DNA of 60,934 nucleotides, filler included, from Myxococcota bacterium (GTDB lineage Bacteria; Myxococcota_C; UBA6777): NCBI GenBank assembly GCA_023150835.1. It is 3 parts of 3 records of this genome, joined end to end, with 100 filler letters (N's around TTAATTAATTAA, not from the genome) between each part and the next. Parts side by side here need not be neighbours in the genome. Positions count along the whole stretch, not along the records: positions 50,114 to 60,934 come from JAKLKB010000173.1; 2 more parts are not named here. One strand, 5' to 3'. Shown piece by piece: positions 59,101 to 60,934 of this stretch (position 1 is its first letter; each line of letters starts with the position of its first letter). The notes under the pieces were generated by a model. It saw only the letters and a program-made list of their open reading frames with translations, ran no database searches and was not told where the DNA came from. The position numbers and the translations under genes were made by a program.

Positions 59101-60497
59101 CCGAAGAGCGGCTGAGTGCGGCAGAGGTCGAAGAGAAACAGAACGAGATCCAAGCGAATACTGCGGCCATCGAGAAGGTCAAGTCATGGGTGAGCCAGAG
59201 CGAAGTCGAGATCGAGAAGAAACGCCAAACGATCCACAAACTCCAGACGCAGATCCAAGCCCAAGAAGGCGAGATCGGTCGCATGGATGGCGATCTGCAA
59301 AAGATGGGTGGTCTCTTGGCGTTGGTGGACTCGAAACGCGCCTATCTCGGCTTTCAGCGGGCGTTGAAAAACAGCAAGTGGATGCGGGAAGTCCTGATGT
59401 TCCGTAAACAACAGGGGATCTACACTTCGGAAGCTGTGAAGATCCGAAAAGCCCAAGCCGAGAAGATCTTGGAGCAAGGAAGGCTCTTGCAGCAAGAGTC
59501 GGAGCTTCGTTTGAAAGAAGCGGAAGCCTTGTTGAAGAAAAGCAGGTTGAAAAGACGGATCGCCAAGAAACAGATCCGTGAGGCAGAGATCCGTCTCCAG
59601 ATCGGTAAGATCCGCCAAAAACAACAGCGTTTGCGTGAGGCTCGACTTTGGTTGCGGATCGATGCCTTGGAAGCGGCTCTGCGCTCTGTCGATATGGGGG
59701 TCTTTTCGGCGATACGGCAGCAGATGTTGTCGTCGGGATGGGCCTTGCAGGAACTTCAGCAGCTTCAAAATGCTTCGCTTGAGCGGATATCGCTGAGTTT
59801 GGCTGTGATCTTTCAAGCCTTCGAGTACTCAGGGATCCCGATCCCTGACACCTGTAAAGGTCGTTATGAAGATCGCGGTTTGGAAAAGCTCCCTGCGTAT
59901 CTTCAAGACTGCTTCTCGGCCTTGCGGCAGAAACTTGCCTTCCAATCGCTTGCTTTGTCTTGCAAAACACTGGTGATCGAGCAGGGAAAACGACGTTCTC
60001 TCTTGCCCAATGCTTCCGAAGCCTTGGAGCAATTCTTTTCCAGAGAGGAGGGGCAAGGAGCGTTGACCTTTGTGCCAGAAGCGTCGGCCTTCCCCAAAAC
60101 GAAGCGGCTTTCGTTGATGCGTGTCGATATCTGGGTGGATATGGTCAAAGTCGGAGAGCATCAAGACGATCTGCCCGAACAAGTGGCTGCTGAAGTGAGC
60201 CTAGAACAACCGGCCTTGGGGAGTTCGCAAAGCCCCGAAAGCCTGTTGGACATCCATCTTCGACAGGTGGAGTCTCTCGCCACAAAGACGCGCACATCGG
60301 GGCGAACTTGTCGTGATTCGATCCGCGCAGAAAGCAACGACAACCAGAAAAAGCTGATGTATTACAACCCGTTGATGCGCTGGAGGCTTGGGCTCAAACC
60401 GACAGAGCAAGAGCGGGATATCTTGAAGGGCTATCGGCCTGTGCGTGTGCAGATCAATCTCGTGTACAGGCAGCCCAAGTTGCAGGAGATCCGTTGA
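53130..60497 (+). CDS. Giant (~2,455 aa) secreted coiled-coil protein with central hydrophobic hairpin; pore-forming/Tc-toxin-A-like
   Basis: GAGGAGG RBS; signal peptide ending AEA; coiled coils at ~56150-57090 and ~58900-59750 flank a Gly-rich hydrophobic segment (57100-57420); C-terminal NPLMRWRLGL...VRVQINLVY. The ORF is certain, the function is inferred. Confidence 0.7.
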   Translation: MGFARWLRRVGSLGWLIWTVCWFSMQAEAKTYKLSFVPEGGKTEISQEAHLSNVEMLWEEDSREIYRWFAEKAEEQGRGFPFAAKLKDCAEGKKEKCPAQTPWVKLTLLYGSQEVRAHWPIQSKQKFFFEAIFKQHPRSWELAGGLLKWVRMYPRSAFRLLQALESYADVLGEKKSLGFASLAASQFVIHRTVADAGVKFYYLLEEHLPKLRQERGGKASTFVSALWDEVYVKSRFDVMEYLKGNRVGRGFSDLLRLLTAVADVCDRKRGTTFSSCHGSSTLLHLRRWVLRSAYRAAYEKRNEELRKKWLAHAGHIFDRSGGIDDRGQSFTLDQLLDESDPKERLDEVLRGEGVNDVTAYRRMVLEVIGRLKITDPYQRRRAYRRLLPLAGLSFLRTEVGLALRGIFDLGEAKQRKEVFEILWEEGQRGRRSEGFVSWSDTFFANPQAGWVEAYNVHLKLSSEIHREYRALRRASIEDIKKDDKAWRILLAAAAARLEQGDDLRDPSVLSWKKQAVLLQAALKHSYRESCILQKPSCKGAQFLLAGRLIRRLTSWRRVPSDDGMARKTEIRRQFSNLTPLFKSLSFVDEPLLRQNVWLLVRVLSRWSLYRSAIPLAEREREWLSEVVKGFDDAKVLLGQGLKDPQHRVWDRLQSLFELSGVMGLIEGCQGDKLTASLVSYNNRLQGEFQKLQEQRRAFFPKREGLLSALARMFGDKARHCKMDGSLETKLASFQALLEQAENKERAAEDLSKLYLNRALGGIGQAQAPASNEALKTLFGVDKITDAYAKEKEWIVLWGRLSLQKDLPCGELVDRLNQGEAAKWKVFEVLREVLWLQAQGLCIHRRRLFSTILPRSERTGSLGLFSQEEMSAAKAAILRMIGNAGVSRGWVQDFETLAGQALEGQRDVKDFSRRWGGLQSRLFRLLKEKEAEWPTEDTRFSLQGAVLASSYLSHLHSTVRLEQRQKEADRLGLLAVPSVHPLRYLNDSKAEEDIKNLKGLVAQRNQQIRYDLQEVADNKDAFFRKRADERQRIYNALQRAYLELGEMRLEARKLGLESEIFAIRHQVVQSLKSVADLHISVAKKHEALAVLKKERSRLEVELRGEGVDLATLEIKIKALEERLIESEIQGRDTEAEIVKEQEKLAKKSIRLNQRRLKLIDKKIKAIQDRNKLIEQKLAAFGGVFSALDQKQALLQEQIKKQGETEQLVREKAVLLAQKKRKIQEQFALLEEKSGHLHRKLGVLHEQKKKILEKNQKVAKLWQTRIKETELALATLQTEITARKAAIKISMDLSADIIKKTEENIKKVQAARAAHAAQMAAQRRRSFWSRVASIGFRIVGAVVGTICCGNPMLGVQIGGLVGDFIAKGAIQGDWGGAWRGLGVGAATMLLTQGIGDIGGVGTQLASGISNVAIRAGVEQLANVAVSSLVQNAMKGLETGQFGDVLENTLKDVVQDLPGVAFQVVTKLDLGPNLGKAMEVFKIAHEHVLAGDLNNIKKLGDPAFLQSRALAVGEHFAKKALKTHAPGLMKAVQKFEDLQSKYNLFPKVEDVLKDGFTAVERHLKQRVQELPQELFQKHLQPEIEGFLRRHTPKAIKDIEVLLRDKLGIAPKDLVDAIKNQDIDILKKKFEDKLPAIQEAVVGGLKKHFGREIKQLEGLKANVEGSFARVKSQVEGAEQAFRHRLSRSLDQIQSLGQSAQDDMQRILRNVQPESLIKKLRKDLIRSLPQISSDHLEGLLQYQAQRYANLATRFHQLRLHDDWRGKEEYLRFVLLGRKKAQKLLAHRIVEARRNAERKAEGFRQRAERLKAQAAFRKIQAKAKAVQGIAQEYAQRFQNHRGLKWGSVVEEIKQKLGRVITDPAELMQETKILEAQLDPAKMTRIVSKKLKPLQQLFKTGGERTSAACQHGFDPCERALDAYKTNVHKQALQFQAQIEAELDGKSKDLHNTQVKKYKQEIGKEIDKLGGEIRVQENQIKKHGTLADVTQIKIDEKKTEERLSAAEVEEKQNEIQANTAAIEKVKSWVSQSEVEIEKKRQTIHKLQTQIQAQEGEIGRMDGDLQKMGGLLALVDSKRAYLGFQRALKNSKWMREVLMFRKQQGIYTSEAVKIRKAQAEKILEQGRLLQQESELRLKEAEALLKKSRLKRRIAKKQIREAEIRLQIGKIRQKQQRLREARLWLRIDALEAALRSVDMGVFSAIRQQMLSSGWALQELQQLQNASLERISLSLAVIFQAFEYSGIPIPDTCKGRYEDRGLEKLPAYLQDCFSALRQKLAFQSLALSCKTLVIEQGKRRSLLPNASEALEQFFSREEGQGALTFVPEASAFPKTKRLSLMRVDIWVDMVKVGEHQDDLPEQVAAEVSLEQPALGSSQSPESLLDIHLRQVESLATKTRTSGRTCRDSIRAESNDNQKKLMYYNPLMRWRLGLKPTEQERDILKGYRPVRVQINLVYRQPKLQEIR

Positions 60498-60934
60498 TGA
60501 AACGACGATGGCAGGGTGTCTTGGTGGGTTTGGTGGCGTGCTTGCTATGGTGCGTGTGCGAAGGTAAGGCGTATGCGGACTTGGTGAAGGAGATTCGGAA
60601 GCTAAAGGGCGAGGTGGAGCGTCTGAAAAGTAGTCAGGTGGATCAAGACGAGCGGCAGATGCGAGCGGAACGAGGACAAGAGGAGCGATTCAGGCAGATC
60701 GCGAAGGCGCTAAAGGAGGGTGCAGAGAAGCAAGAGCAAGCGTTGAACCGTCGGATGTTACGTTTGGAAGGACAGCTCAAGGTTCGAGTTGAGCAGGAGC
60801 GACAAGCGTTGAGCCGTCGGATGTCGCGTTTGGAAGGGGAGATGCGGCAGAAAGATGCGGAGCGAGAGCGGCGAATCGTAGGATTGGAGAAAGCGCTAAG
60901 GGAGCGGTTGGAGAAGCAAGTGCGTGGGCTCATG
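60497..60934 (+). CDS. Secreted coiled-coil protein, N-terminal part (runs off the window); paralog of 30957-31460
   Basis: TGATG stop/start overlap with the giant gene; MKRRWQGVLVGLVACLLWCVCEGKAYADLVKEIRKL...VRGLM; missing from the ORF track because it has no stop. Confidence 0.88.
   Translation, partial: MKRRWQGVLVGLVACLLWCVCEGKAYADLVKEIRKLKGEVERLKSSQVDQDERQMRAERGQEERFRQIAKALKEGAEKQEQALNRRMLRLEGQLKVRVEQERQALSRRMSRLEGEMRQKDAERERRIVGLEKALRERLEKQVRGLM

Noticed and set aside
53130..60497. Phage tape-measure protein or SMC ATPase
   Set aside because: It has a signal peptide, no Walker motifs and no neighbouring phage genes; not fully excluded without structure search.

Overview
Bacterial draft or metagenome-assembled sequence, probably a Myxococcota/deltaproteobacteria-like organism (inferred from gene content, not proven). 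It is three contigs joined by artificial N-TTAATTAATTAA-N linkers at 30857-30956 and 50014-50113. Contig 1 starts with an AT-rich accessory islet: an IS4-like end, a DUF104-VapC toxin-antitoxin pair followed by an attC-like site, a 73-bp repeat array next to a ribbon-helix-helix (RHH)-like gene, a nucleotidyltransferase and an IS1634 remnant. Next comes a minus-strand cluster linking Roadblock/MglB-like proteins to a photoactive-yellow-protein (PYP) domain protein, then housekeeping genes (stand-alone Cys-less rpsD, gor, Tex-like, tsaD, rsmA, asnB, PlsB-like-gpsA-HAD phosphatase) and a truncated IS3. Contig 2 has msrB, an AAA ATPase, an aldo/keto reductase, pgsA, TPR-AIM24, acyl-CoA dehydrogenase, an APH-like kinase, a GT2 and a five-gene MoxR/vWA FtsH-ternary-like conflict operon. 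Contig 3 has a Sel1 + FGE-sulfatase (C-type lectin fold) gene whose last ~40 codons look like the variable region of a diversity-generating retroelement (DGR) target. It also has a ~2,450-aa secreted coiled-coil protein with a central hydrophobic hairpin (pore-forming/Tc-toxin-like), translationally coupled to a multicopy secreted coiled-coil gene. Best candidates for an undescribed system: (1) giant toxin-like protein plus DGR-diversified lectin-fold partner, (2) Roadblock-PYP module, (3) a ~115-nt structured intergenic element in five copies, always antisense to flanking genes. No rRNA, tRNA, CRISPR array, cas, integrase or reverse transcriptase was recognised.
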